Positions 29,750 through 43,875 of a stretch of DNA of 64,000 nucleotides are shown in pieces. How positions within the stretch are numbered: the stretch's first letter is position 1; each line of letters starts with the position of its first letter. Source of the DNA: Eledone cirrhosa. Taxonomy: Eukaryota. The notes under the pieces were generated by a model, which saw only the letters and a program-made list of their open reading frames with translations, searched no databases and was not told the origin of the DNA. The stretch spans positions 132,928,001 to 132,992,000 of the forward strand of contig OZ024742.1 in assembly GCA_964016885.1 (NCBI GenBank). Reading direction: 5' to 3'. The position numbers were made by a program, and so were the translations under genes.

Positions 29750-31433
29750 AAATACAATATAAACAGTTTTATAGATAAATATATTCGACATACCGTAATA
29801 AACATCAACTTCATTTGGAGAGGTTTACGCTAGCAGTGAAAATACAGAGAGAAAGAAAGAGAGAAAGAAAAGAGGGAAAAAAGAAAGAAAGAAAGACAGA
29901 ACGAAGAGAAGGAAGAAAAAGAAAAAAAAGAAAAAGAAAAAGAAAAAAAAAGAAAAAGAAAAAGAAGAAAAAAAAAGAAGAAAAAAAAAGAAGAAAAAAA
30001 AAGAAGAAAAAAAAAGCCGATAAATCTTTTGATTCCTAAATCTTTGATTCCCTCTTTTTACTCTTTTTATTGTTTAATTTATTTTATTTATTTTTATTTT
30101 TATCTAAACATTCCTCATGAAAAATTAAGCTACCCTAAAAGCCGATGCTCCAAATTTTTTGAATTAACCTTACACTAGATAAACTTCTATATTAAATATA
30201 GGAACATATGTAGACATTATTGGACATCATAATCTTTTTTGCGATATTCTTTGCTAGATGTGATTTGATAGATAATTTTTGGCTTTGTCTTGTAATGAAC
30301 TTGGCAATATATTGTCAATTAACTTTGAAGGGTTGTTCTTTGTGGTTTATTTTCATTTTTATTTTTATTTTTATTTTTATTTTTATCTTTATTCTTTTAG
30401 TATTGTAGTATTCTATAATATTTTTATTTTTATTTTATTTTTAATATTTTTATATGTAAATTTTTAATACGTAATATTTTTTAATACGTATTTTTAATAT
30501 GCAATATTTTTATTATGTAATATTCTTTCGTAATATCTTTTTAGTTTTCTATTCTATATTTTTATATATTTTTACTTATTATTATTATTATTGTTATCTT
30601 TGTTTATAATATAATATATATTTTCGATTAGTATATTGAAATCTGCTCTCTATTTCTGCTTGATAGATAATCTTGTAGAGTAATCGCAAGAATAATAATA
30701 TGCTCAAATTTTTATACCACATTGAGAATGTTTTCCGGTAACTTAGAATTTGCGGAGTGAATCAGTTGGATTCACATTGATGTTTGTAGCTGTCACATAA
30801 ACATATGAATTTTTTAAAACTAAACATAAGATAATGAATTTTCACACATTGTGAATACTTGTTTCATTCAGGAATACTGATATTTACAGTATAGTGTAAG
30901 TTTTATAAATACTAATACATTAAAACATAGGGTTTTCTACGCCTCGAATATGTCTGGCTATTTTTAAATTTTTTCTCTCTATATATCTCTCTATATCTCT
31001 CTATATTTCTCCCTTACATTAATACTTGAGCTAAATAAATAAATAAATAAATAAATAAATGTATCATTGATACACTTACTCAAAATGACCTCCCACTACC
31101 TAATTTTCTATATATATATATGTATCTATCTCTATTTCATCTCTCTCTCTATATATATATATATCTTTCTGTCTCTTTACATGAAGCTCTTCGCTTTATC
31201 TATTTTTCCATCTCTCTATTTTGTTCCATGCATTTCTTCTTTTTCTTTTTTTCTTCTTTTTCTTTTTCTTCCTTCTCTTCGTTCTGTCTTTCTTTCTTTC
31301 TTTTTTCCCTCTTTTCTTTCTCTCTTTCTTTCTCTCTGTATTTTCACTGCTAGCGTAAACCTCTCCAAATGAAGTTGATGTTTATTACGGTATGTCGAAT
31401 ATATTTATCTATAAAACTGTTTATATTGTATTT

Positions 31434-31489
31434 TGTCTGATGAAGGCATAGCATATTGTTAATATGATATCCCCGAAATATATATAATG
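31434..31489 (+). ncRNA. minimal hammerhead (right-arm copy)
   Basis: tgt-CTGATGA-a ggcatagcatatt gtt aatatgatatcccc-GAAA-T-ATAT-A-TA^atg. Confidence 0.62.
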
Positions 31490-31532
31490 AAATAGATATG
31501 GTTTTATAAATATAGTTTTCCATTTATTTAAT

Positions 31533-31612
<80 letters not shown>

Positions 31613-32990
31613 GGCAGGGACATAAAACAACAGAGATTGAGAGACAGTTTATAAACAGAAACATTTTGCAGTAATGTTATAAAACCTGGCTACTTTGAAA
31701 TTCTTTTCACAAAAATGTGCTATTTTTTATGTCTAAATATACACATATACTTATATGAATAAAATAATATACATACATATATACATATATATACACACAT
31801 AGTACATAATACATTACATTGATGGGCAAATATAAAACATTTTATTTCTCTAAAATGTAAGGTTAGTGTGAACATATTATTTACATACTCTGTAGAGCTG
31901 CATTTGACAAACACCTCGGATTAGTTTACCCTACTAGGGACTTTTGTACTTACCTTTATACTTGAGCGGTTTCTCTTAAAACAGCTTTTCAATTTTTTAA
32001 TTTACATTCAAATGTTTAATTTACATTTGTAATTTTATTGTCGCTTACATATTTGTTAAAAGAAGGGACACAATTGGTTATAAAGTTATCCCTTATGTCC
32101 GGGAACAAACACATTGCTTGAAAAAAGGTGTAACACTTTTCTGACCAGGTATTCATGATTATGTATGCAAACCGTTTAAGTTTGGCCTAAATTCTTCTTA
32201 AGAAATACATTTTCCCTCTGACGTTTACAGGCAACATAAGTAGAAAGGGAACGTATTGAAATTCTGTAAGATTTTCCCGCCGCTTTTCTCTTCATATTCG
32301 CTAAGAGAGATATTTTTGTGTGTATGGATACCTAAATTGGTTTTGATGGACTGTCATTCATTGTCGGAGTTTTAATCATGTTTGGACAATTTAATGTCCA
32401 TGGCACACCTTACATGTTATAATATATATTAAATTTTCTGAGATGCAAGGGATGTTATTTTTTATTTTGAAAATGGGACCGTCTTTGAAGTGGAATTCAT
32501 AGTCTTCCAATAGATAGGTGCACATCCCACAGTCAGGTCAGTTGCTTCTATTCACTTCAGGTTCTTAAATTCCGGTTTGCAGCTTTGCATTTCTTAATCT
32601 TTTTTTTTTATTTTTATAATTGGGTATAAGTGACAGAAATATTACAAATAAAAAACTATTAATTTAAACAGGAAAAAAACTTTTGAAATGCTATTTCAAG
32701 CGAAATTAGTCACGAACAAAAGTAAGTACAAACGTACACAAAGTATTGTTTTTGAAGTAAAAGAGATTATTTTTTGTTCTGTACACATAACATGTATATA
32801 ACATTAAAAATAACGTATTAGGTGCTTTTATCAAATCTTTATCATTTTCCCGATTTCAATAGAACTCATTAAACTTCCAACATTTTGGTTTTCCCTCTCT
32901 CTGTCCCCTCCCCTCTCTCTTTCTATGCATACATACATAGACACATATACATGGGTGAAAGCAGCGATTCTTTGCTTATACTTTAATCTA

Positions 32991-33071
<81 letters not shown>

Positions 33072-33361
33072 TATATATTATATTGAATTATATTATATCA
33101 TATTGTATAACATATACATCAAAGCTGAAGCTGCAATCAACAGGGTAGAAACCAACAAAATCGCTCAATTTTGCGAAATGTTGATATCTGTCTCGACCAA
33201 GATAAACACATACTGTTATATAATGGCTGACATAATGAGTATATTGATCAGGTGAATGTAGCCATCGTATATAACCACAACAACGACGGATAACATCAGG
33301 TAACAGAATAAGCTATGAATAAATGAAGTTAATTTTTACCTGTTGACTTACACTTCTCGTT

Positions 33362-33413
<52 letters not shown>

Positions 33414-33909
33414 AAATAAAGTTTCCGCTCTTCATGGCTGAATACAATAAATGTAATCTGATGTTTTCGAATATTAATAATAACATTCGATCTTTTTTTT
33501 CCCTTCGCTGTAACCTGTATTTTTCTCTTCCGTTACTGCTATCCGCTTTCTCTCTCACGCTTCTCTCTCATTGTACCTCTTACTTTCATTCACCCCCTCT
33601 GCTATTCACCCTCACTCGGCTAGCCTCTTCCTCACACTTTCACTCACTCACTCTCTGCTACTCACCCTCTCTCTCTTCCTCCCGTCTGACCCGTGTGACT
33701 TATGTTCACATATATCACTGACTTGTTTGTTTACATGTCTCTCTTTCTCCACCCAATTCTGTTTATCCCAATAAATTATTTTTGTTATTGTTCGCGCTGG
33801 CCTGAGGTATCTGATCTGTAATGCGAAGAAATACCTATGATGGCTAGTAGATCACTGTTGATGGATAGGCCTGGCTTCTAGGCCTATTTTTTTAATTTAT
33901 ATGTTATAT

Positions 33910-33954
<45 letters not shown>

Positions 33955-34123
33955 ATAAGAATAATTATATTAATATGTGTTTGATACAACTATAAATATG
34001 GAGGGTAGTACTAAGTACTATCCGGTTAAGGCATGACAAAAGCTCAATGCAAATGTTCAAGTGTTTTACTGAGCCGAGATACAAAGTGTTATAACGATCA
34101 AATGTTAGATTAGAACATTTATT

Positions 34124-34170
34124 TGCTGACAATTGTTTCTTGCAGAGGGATGTCTGGATTCATCGGAGCA
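34124..34170 (-). ncRNA. minimal hammerhead, CCGAUGA core
   Basis: TGCT-CCGATGA-atccag..ctgcaa-GAAAC-AATT-GTC^AGCA. Confidence 0.68.
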
Positions 34171-35865
34171 TAGGGAATGTCGAACCATGTAACTAAAATC
34201 CTAGTCATTTAGAACATTTTGGGTACATACTCTCTACTTAGACTCTAAAAAATATAAACCTTATCATAAACCTAATGAAACACTTTGCTTTGTTAATACC
34301 ACCTCTAACCCCCCTAAATATGTATTGACCTCAATCATTAAAAGGGTATCTAATAGAATATATAGTCTCTCTTACAACGAGAATACATTTAATCGTAACT
34401 CCCAATACTATAATGAAGCTCTAGCCCGTTTCGGCCATAGATATACAATTAAATATAAACCTAAATCGTCAACCACCCATAGACAACCCAATATAATTTC
34501 ACACAACATGGCCATGCAAAAAATTGAATATGATCATAGTATTGAAAATCCCCACTCCTATACAAAGGGCATCACAAAAGTTAAATCACACCACAACAAT
34601 AAACCTAAGAAAAACCAAAAAAAAAGATATAGATAAGAAGGAACCTAACACCACACTAAAGATTAGTATGAATAACAACCAGAATAGAAGAAGTAACACA
34701 TTTTTTAATCCTCCGTTCGACTTAAATGTATCAACAAACATACCTAAAGCTTTCCTCTAACTCTAGAAAAATCTTCCCAACTAACCATAAATACCACAAC
34801 CTATTTAACAAAAATACAATTAAAATCTCCTACTCCACCACACCTAACATAGCAGACCATATAGCCAGCACCAACAAGAGAAATATTTAAATGTTCTTCA
34901 AATTACACCAAAGTAATAATGCCCAGCATAGAAATAACCTCAACAATAACACAATACAAGACCATACCGCAAGTCATACTAATAATACTACTACTAATAA
35001 TAATACTTACCATAATCATAATACTAAAAGTAGAAACAGAAACAACCACTCAAATGCATACCCCCTTAACCAGTATACTAGTTAGCAAAACAATTGTAAT
35101 TGTAGACCTAACAAGACATGCCCATTGAATAAGAAGTGCCTTATCAAAGACATTATCTACTCCGGTACTGTTAACCGCTAATCACATCTCGAAAGTATAT
35201 ATAGGCTCAACATCCAATAGTTTTAAGACCAGATATAATTCACACCTTGATTCGTTCAGAAACCCTAAACTTAGCAACATAACCTCACTATCCACATACA
35301 TACACTCATTAAAATCAAGTAATACGCCATACACCTTAAAATGGGAAGTGATAGCTAAGGCCACTCCATATAGACCACCTAACAAATTCTGTAACCTTTG
35401 CATCCTCGTGTCTAGAAAAAATATTCACTCTAATCTTAGCCTGCTAAATAGGAAATCCGAGATCTCATCCACGTGTCCACATTACCATAGATTCTCGTTC
35501 CGCTTCTTTAAACCTAGTAACTAATATTAATAATAATAAACATAAAAATAAAGACCAATGTCGGAGATAACACTAGACCACCACATTTTAATTCATCCAA
35601 GTAGACCTTCATGAATATAGGACTACACCTTAATTAAAAACCACACTAACCTATATAAGTCAATAAATACCCCTTGTTTGATCTCTTACCTTATCCAATT
35701 AAAATATTTAAATAATATAGACACTCTAATATAATCTCAATATACAACACCAACTAAATAGCAGACAACTCTGTATATAACACCAATTACTCCAGTATAT
35801 ATTATGCAACTACTATCCTGTCATAAAAAAACTTCAACTCCCTCTACACAATCTGTATATATATA

Positions 35866-35927
<62 letters not shown>

Positions 35928-35941
35928 CATATATATATATA

Positions 35942-36003
<62 letters not shown>

Positions 36004-36298
36004 CATTCTCACACATATATATATATCTTATATTAGATATACATATACTATGTAAAAACTATCTAGTTATAATAAAATAATTTAAAAAATGTTTTTAACA
36101 CCCTCCACACAAGTTTAAAAGATAACTATATAACCAATAATATTTTATATACTCTATAAATATTAATTTATAACACTACTACAATGCTAAAACAACCCTT
36201 AATTTATCAACAACCTTAATTACCTCCCTTTGTTATTAACTCCCTTTACAACTTTCTGTGTAAACTCGTAAAATTAAGCAACCTAACGGTTTACCAAC

Positions 36299-36345
36299 AG
36301 CTTGATAACGGTTAATACAAACCCTAGAAAATATAATTTGTAGCT
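36299..36345 (+). ncRNA. hammerhead-like motif, U3-A8 variant
   Basis: AGC-TTGATAA-c ggtt aataca aacc cta-GAAA-atataattt-GTA^GCT; helix III imperfect. Confidence 0.4.
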
Positions 36346-36970
36346 AAAAAATGCATAAGATAATATACCTACAATAACAACATGGCCAGTAATTCGGAGG
36401 AATTTACATTTAACAAACAAACATCAATTGACTATAAACGACTCAAAATAATCCCATGGTTAATAGCTGGGATTTACAAACAACATATACACATATATAC
36501 GAACAACAACAAAAATACACTTGAATGAAAATCACATATCCAACTATATGACGTGCTTTGCATTACACTTTATATAACAAATACCTGCATTATCACCACA
36601 TGCCTCTCTAACACATTGCACACTATATTAAACATTTATAACTATTATAACATGATTTAACACCCCACACAAAATAAGTTTATTTCAACTGCATTATAAC
36701 TCTTTCCTCATACATGCCTTATTGTCTGTATTGACTCCCGCATTGTACACCAATCGTCCTTGCTTGTAACTTTTTTGCCTGTATTTTATTTTTTTTGCTT
36801 GTGCTTTTTGCTTATACATATTACACTTTCAACCAGTAATTATGCTTTTTCAAGCAGAACCTCTTTTCAAATCCTGACTATCCACATGATGCCTTTGACA
36901 CTAAAAACAATTATGTACCCTAAATGTTCTAAATGACTCGGATTTTAGTTACATGTTTCGACATTCCCTA

Positions 36971-37017
36971 TGCTCCGTTGAATCCAGACTTACCACTGGA
37001 AGAAACAATTGTCAGCA
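36971..37017 (+). ncRNA. minimal hammerhead (right arm; core CCGTTGA)
   Basis: TGCT-CCGTTGA-a tccag acttacca ctgga a-GAAAC-AATT-GTC^AGCA; A6 mutated in this copy. Confidence 0.6.
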
Positions 37018-37080
37018 AATAAATGTTCTAAACTAAAATTTGATCGTTATAACACTTTGTATATATATATATATATATAT

Positions 37081-37538
37081 CAAGTGAGAATATTTTAGAA
37101 ACAACGAGCGAGTTTGAAATTATAAATGTCAGCTATCGCCGTATTTTGACTAAAGTAATTAAAGAAAATTATTTAGCCTGATAGTGGGGTTAAGAACCCT
37201 CGGAGAAATGGAAAAAAGATGAGTATTGACGTAGATGGGAGTCGAAACCACAGCTTTGGTTATCCAGACCACTGTGCTACTATTACACTAACACATCACC
37301 CGCCTTTTCCCATTCAAATTAGAAGCTATATTATTCGCAACTGTAAATGTCAAGTGAGAATATTTTCGAACAGCGAGCGAGTTTGAAATTATAAATGTAA
37401 GCTATCGCCGTATTTTGACTAAAGAAATTAAAGAAAATTATTTAGCCTGATTGTGGGGTTAATAACCCTCTGAGAAATGAAAACGATGTGTATTGACGTA
37501 CATGGGAGTCGAACCCACATCTTTGGTTATCCAGACCA
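37081..37538 (-). mobile_element. 1.7 tandem copies of a 270-bp tRNA-containing unit
   Basis: caagtgagaatattt at 37081 and 37351 (period 270); tRNA-like segment at 37227-37297 and a partial one at 37494-37538. Confidence 0.85.
37227..37297 (-). tRNA. tRNA-like cloverleaf (degenerate copy)
   Basis: GATGTGT TA GTGT AATAGTA GCAC A GTGGT CTGGATA ACCAA AGCT GTGGT TTCGACT CCCAT CTACGTC A, followed by a T6 run. Confidence 0.5.
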
Positions 37539-37713
37539 ATCCAGACATTAATGATGTCTGTAGTACTGGTGGTGGTCGTGGTGGTGGTGGTTGTGACACT
37601 GTTATTGTTCCTCTTCAGAGCACCGTCTAAATCACTTTCTTGACGTACCTTTCTTTGGAAAAATTCCCTCCCACCGCTGGAGTTGGAAGACTGTGTAACA
37701 TCAATTTGTTTAA

Positions 37714-37748
<35 letters not shown>

Positions 37749-37949
37749 ATGACAAAACATGTTATAACATTTCATATTTAAAGTTCATATATTTGGGCCT
37801 AAGGCCCTAATATTCTGGGAAGTCGCTTTTTCTGGGCAAATGCACCATTTTATCAAAAGTTTTAATCAAAACTCCAATATTAATGGATGTACTAAAACAA
37901 GCCTTTTGTAGCGTAAACATCCATGGCGTATCGGTCAAAATCAAGCAAT

Positions 37950-38250
37950 AATAATTGTTTCTACAGTTGGCACAAGGCCAGCAAATACCCAGTCCATTAC
38001 TATTACTTTATTTTATTGACCCCGTAAGGATGAAAGGCAAAATTAACCTCGACGGGATTTGAACTCAGACCGTAAAGGGACGTAACTATGCATGGTATCC
38101 GACCCTCCATCGATACAGTTAATTCACCGCAATAATAATGATAATGTTTCTACTTTTGGAACAAGGCCAGCAATTATACGAGTGCATTGCTGGTACTTTA
38201 TTTTATCGAACTCGTAAGGATTAAAGGGAAAGTTAACCTCGGTGGGTAAA
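37950..38250 (-). mobile_element. tRNA-derived SINE, two adjacent copies in a (TAA)n tract
   Basis: Two tgtttctac..ggcacaaggccagcaa..cgtaaggat..aaagg..aacctc blocks at ~37955 and ~38145. Confidence 0.85.
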
Positions 38251-38526
38251 TAATAATAATAGCAACTAGCTGACCACAGGGATATCTATGCTTGAATTAA
38301 GAAAAAAATAAATATTAAATATAGATCAACACATTTTAACATTTATGCATATACGTTATCTCTACACACAGAAACACGCCCTCACGCTCTCTCCTTTCCC
38401 TAAGGCAAACACACTCTTAGAATCCGCTTTCCTGCGTAAACATAGTTTCACATGAAATATACAACAGCTCTACTAATATAACACGTTTGCAAACAGACAC
38501 AAATACACACACGAACTCACACACAT

Positions 38527-38607
<81 letters not shown>

Positions 38608-38749
38608 GGTGTGTGTGTGTGTGTGTGTGTGTGTGAGTTGTGTGTATATTTGTGTGTATATTTGCAAACGCATTATATCAGTAGATGTATATATATACAT
38701 GTATATATATATATACCTTTACATATATATATATATATATACACACATG

Positions 38750-38818
<69 letters not shown>

Positions 38819-41800
38819 CTGTGTATACTTACATACATATGTGTATATAGGTATATACTTACATACATGTGTGTGTGTACGAATGTATGTGTAAGACGAG
38901 GGCTGATCTTGACGTTTGCATAACCGACATTGATACACCACACATAAAATATTGAGATATTATCATTCTTTTATCAAACATAAACAGACGAATGAAATGA
39001 AAGGTAATTATCACAAAGTAATTTCAAGCTGCAGAAAAATACGAAAGCACCTACCAAAATAAGAATATCTTATCTTGTAACGACATCAAATCTACACTAC
39101 ACCTAACGGGCTGTAGTTCCGAAGTTCTCTAGTGCTAGATAAAATTGTTTTAACTATCAAACTTTAATTTGATATTCCTTTCAAATTGTTAGTGATATCA
39201 GAAAGTAATTGAAATCTATTCCTTTCATGTGTTACCTCAAAGAGAATCATCAAAAGTTACTTGTTTAGTGAAAAGCAATTTGAAATGTGAATCAAGGTCT
39301 TATCGTTTTGGGGGGGTATTTTTCAATGATATTTTCACTTAATTTAACATATGTTAAATTTGTTTATGTACACCTTCTCTGAACTCTTACTGTATATAAC
39401 ATCAAGATGTTTAAATGTCCAATTTCTACATACATCACTTGTTTAATGGAATTCCGCTTACCAGAGAGGCCACGTTAATATCCATAAGGTATAGAAATCT
39501 CATTATATAATTGTTTCTACGTCATGCATATATAATCGATTTTGTAAACTTTCTCTCTACTTTGACCTATTGAATAACAATTCCGATTAGTAGAGACAGT
39601 AATGCCAAGCAATCGGCGGTAACATTAAGAAGACATTATTAGATGATCGGTGCTGTCCGTTTCTTTCATTCTAGTCAGGGAAATACGCATCAGCAACATA
39701 TTAGACTGAATCAATGTTGTAGATTTCTGTCTTTAGCAATACCTATTACATTCATACATCTATATATATAACAGCCATACACATATATCTATCTAACTAT
39801 CTATATGTTTGTCAGCCTGTCTGTCTGTCTTTCTCTCTCTCTCTCACTCGCTCTATCTCAGCGCACGCACACACACACACATACACGCACACATACAAAC
39901 ACACATACGCCACACACGCACACACACACTCACACACATATATATATATATATAAAGTTAAATAGTCTCAGAAACCCACAATTAGACAAACGTGGTGAGC
40001 ACGACAACACAGCTGATATGACCAAAACTCGACAGAAATCGCTCGAGGTCATTCAGAGAGTGTTCCTCCAAAAAGTGTGGGAAGGCTGTAGATAGGATTG
40101 CATATATATATATATATTGGCCAATTCTCTCTCTGCTAATAGTATGATGTAGCCCTGTACAACCTGCGCCATGTTCGGGTGGTCAGCAACTAAACCAGCT
40201 CCTCCACCAGACCCTATGATGGCAAGGAGGGTATGTGGAAACCGGCTGCACCAAAACAAGAGCTGTTAAAAGTCGTATGAGCTCCACAGATTCAACGAGC
40301 ATCCAACCAAATTATGGGTGAAATAGCTTCACCAACCTGCAATTGGTCAAGCGTGGTGACAGTTTAACCTCCATGACAATAACATATGCGATCCTCATAA
40401 CTGCCCTGATACGTTGTCTTCGCTTGTCACTGGACACACAGCTTCGGTGATGAAATGGGTGCTATACATGTAGCACAGGAGTGTAACATTGTCATCCTTA
40501 TGTGTATATATTTCTCCAAAAGTCCATCAGTGATGAGGTGTGCAGTTACGACCGGTTAGAAGCACATAGTCACAAATTTGCATATGGACAGCTCGAGTTT
40601 TATCCTGACCTCGCTGCACTATTAACCGGAACCGCGACATACTTCGGTGGAGGTTTGAGCGTCTAAGCAAAATGTTGGGGGATGAACTGCTCACCCGTTC
40701 CACGTGCTTACCTAAACAAAGCCTATCCAGACATCAAACAGACACACATTCTGTGGTGGTTAATAATAGCATGGCATAAACCAAGATATATATGTATATG
40801 TATAAACCAACTCTCGTCATAAATGTTATTTCAAAATATACATTAATTCTTCATAGGTACTTAAAGAACATTTTTTCCGCTGTTGCTTCGTTTCAAAACT
40901 CTTGCAACACTTTGTTCATACTTCGTATTTTATTTAGTATAAATTGCAAATTAATCTATCAGAAACAATTTTTATTAATTTTACATTTTTTAATTTTCGA
41001 TGGATTGCATGTTAATGTGTCGCGTTCTACTAATCAAATGTACGAATATTCTATAAAGCAATTGATTAATTACGATTGATTTATTAAGTGACTGGAAAGA
41101 ACGATGTCGTCTGCAAATAGCATGCTTTCAAGGAAAGCTATGATATAGTGATATAGTTATCAATGTTTGCAACATACATCAGATTCCTTGAACGAAAATT
41201 TATTATAACTCATAAAGACTCTTACATAGATAATGTCACGCAGATTCGATTGCAGAATTAGGGAAACTGTCACAAAGGCCGAATCGTCACCAATCAAAAT
41301 ATCAGCAATAACAATGACAATATTATTAGTGACCAAATCTTAATTCCTGCAATTGATCATTTCCCCTAACATGCAAAATAACTTAGTATAAACAATAACG
41401 TGGACAAATACGCAAATAGACACAATATAACAAACAAACAAATAAACACACACGCACACAAACACATTCACATATAAGGCTAGACTGACATATATAGAAA
41501 CACAGGCCGACTTCGTTGTTTCCGTCTATATGTTTTGCAAGTCTTATATCTGAATAATCCCAGTAGACTGTAATTAAGTTTTTGAAAGATTACGCATTAT
41601 TTATGTTTTCTACACAGAATCAATGACGAATTAACATCTGTCCACAACATTCATTAAATGCTTAACTATTTATTATAAATAAACTACAGAAAGTGAAAAC
41701 TGTGTTGTTGATAAATAAATAGTCTTGATATTGGTAAATAAATGTTACCGTGTCATAAATGTTTATATGAAATACCATATATTAATATACATAAAGAAAT

Positions 41801-41899
41801 ATAAATGCTTCAGTTATTTCCTTTGGGGGTTTAGAAAAGTATAAAAGATATTTGTGGCCATTGAAATCTTTATCTGCAGAGTATATATGCAGTCAAATA

Positions 41900-42110
41900 A
41901 CGGTTTATGATTTAAGCACAAGGTCAATAATTTGGAGGAAAGGGAAAGTCGATTAAATCGTCACGATATTTGAACCTTTATCATTCGACCCGGAAAAGAT
42001 GAAAGGTAAAGCTAACCTTGGTGGAATTTGAACTCAGAACGTAAAGGAACATAATTATTCCACACAGCATGTTATACGAGGTTCTATGTATACTGCCAAA
42101 TCCCACACTT
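41900..42110 (-). mobile_element. tRNA-derived SINE (diverged)
   Basis: gcacaaggtcaataa..cgacccggaaaagatgaaaggtaaagctaaccttggtggaatttgaactcagaacgtaaagg. Confidence 0.78.
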
Positions 42111-42398
42111 TATTTAATAAACAATAAAATATTTTGATTGTACCCGCCTCGTAAGCACAAAACCAATTAGAAATACAGAATCTTCAATGTAGGGACATGG
42201 TGCGTTTTAATATATATCAATACAACGTACTTTGTGGTCGAGTGGACGGCGACGAAAGAAGCTTCCCTACTTCATCCTGGTGTGGTGAGTGGGCTAACTG
42301 TCAGGAAAGCAGTACAGAAAACAGGAGTCAAAATCATCCATCACATCTATAGTTTAAGCCTCACAAACCTGCAATCTATCTATCTATCTTATCTATCA

Positions 42399-42451
<53 letters not shown>

Positions 42452-42779
42452 TGTATGTATAGTATATTTGACAATATACCGTATTTTTAATTAAACACAT
42501 TTAGAAGACCATACGCTATCGGGTTTAAAGTAGTGACTATGTCACTTACTTCTTTTCGGCGAAAGAAAGGAGAGGAGCTACTTATCTATCTGTCTATGTT
42601 TCCGTGAGGGCATGTGTCTGTGTGATTGTCATTGTTTGTTTGAAAGATATCTACGAGCTCCAGTATTTTAGGCCTTACCTGTGAATCATGTTGAGAATGA
42701 TCTCAAATTATTGTTATATTTGATTGAATTATAAGTAATCTTGACTCAAACACTTTGGAACAGATTCGGATGCATGCAA

Positions 42780-42818
42780 ACACGCACACATACACAGGCA
42801 TCCACGCGCGCGTGCACA

Positions 42819-42898
<80 letters not shown>

Positions 42899-42992
42899 GG
42901 CACACACACACACGCGCACACACACACACACACACGCACACACACACAAGCATACATACATTCACATACATACACTCACACTCACACACACA
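42780..42992. repeat. (CA)n microsatellite
   Basis: CA-dominated tract. Confidence 0.95.
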
Positions 42993-43224
42993 CCTGCCCG
43001 CGTCGCCACAGAAGTACACATATATACATCTATTGTGTCCAGATTTACATTCTGAACACACCTTAATACAGAATCCAAGTATACTTTGGCATTTCATTCC
43101 AATCCATTGCATTTCATTTAACGTTGACAAAGTAGAATTAATTATCACTATATTTTGCTCATGTTTGCTTAATTATTCAGTTAATTATTACACACCCCAT
43201 ACAGATTAATAAACTCCCCCCCTC

Positions 43225-43285
<61 letters not shown>

Positions 43286-43659
43286 CAATATTGTATTGCA
43301 ATTGCGTATTCATTTCTCGTTAACAATCCATAAAATAAATATTCATTAACAGTAATTAAAAATAGTGAAATAGCTCATCTTAAATATTATGTGAATATAA
43401 AATTGCGAATAGAATATAAATTATGTAAACAAACGCAGTTTCGCCATGAAATACACTCATTGAAATAAATTAAAGTAGGATTAAAAAATAAAATGGTTAA
43501 TTCTGTTCATTACTCAATATATGCAATGTATTCTATTTTCTCTCTTTATACACATAGTCTGACTTTAATATCATTCAGATTTTTGCTTTCAAATCAAACT
43601 GATTCTTATAATTCCCGGATCGATAACATAGAAGTGGTGTTATCATTAGCAATATTAGC

Positions 43660-43875
43660 CAGCGTTGTGGATTGGCTGAATTGAGAAAGAATCGAACAAC
43701 ATAGTATGGCCTATTTAGTTACGCATTCTATGTACTGAAATCATATCTCAACGTTGTTAAAGATGTCTATCAGCTACTGAAATTGCAGAAATAAAGCACC
43801 AGTAAAGTACTGGGGTGTATATAATCGACTTACCTTCACTTAAATTGCTGGTTTAGTGATAAAGTTAGAAATCAA
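43660..43875 (+). mobile_element. tRNA-derived SINE (diverged)
   Basis: gtggattggc..ataaagcaccagtaaagtactggggtg..aatcgactt..aattgctgg..agaaatc. Confidence 0.65.

Larger units (their letters stand above)
29560..31538 (+). mobile_element. non-autonomous fold-back element with HHR-containing inverted arms
   Basis: 29645-29926 is the reverse complement of 31257-31538 (no mismatch seen by eye); AT-rich non-coding spacer; TA flanks; left arm extends ~85 bp further. Confidence 0.8.
33952..37062 (+). mobile_element. Penelope-like element (Hydra-clade-like), 5'-truncated with inverted 5' arm
   Basis: Coding remnant ~34230-35520: YKPYHKPNETL, SNRIYSLS, YNEAL, FNPPFDLNV.TNI, NCNCRPNKTCPLNKKCL, YIGSTSNSFKTRYNSH, KWEVI..A.PY..CNLC, CPH. 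34079-34228 is an inverted copy of 36911-37062. TA flanks. Confidence 0.88.

Noticed and set aside
32040-32600. Complex sequence suspected to be a DNA transposase remnant or exon
   Set aside because: No sustained frame or recognisable DDE motif on either strand.
37138-37215. Type III hammerhead-like arrangement in the tRNA unit (CCGUA..CUGAUAG..GAAAUGG)
   Set aside because: Core is CTGATAG or CTGATTG (G8 and A9 absent) and helix I is displaced by a T4 run; not callable without an assay.
39960-40770. GC-richer segment, probably a repeat 5' region (similar case at 25540-25830)
   Set aside because: Cannot be assigned to a family by eye; needs a repeat-library search.
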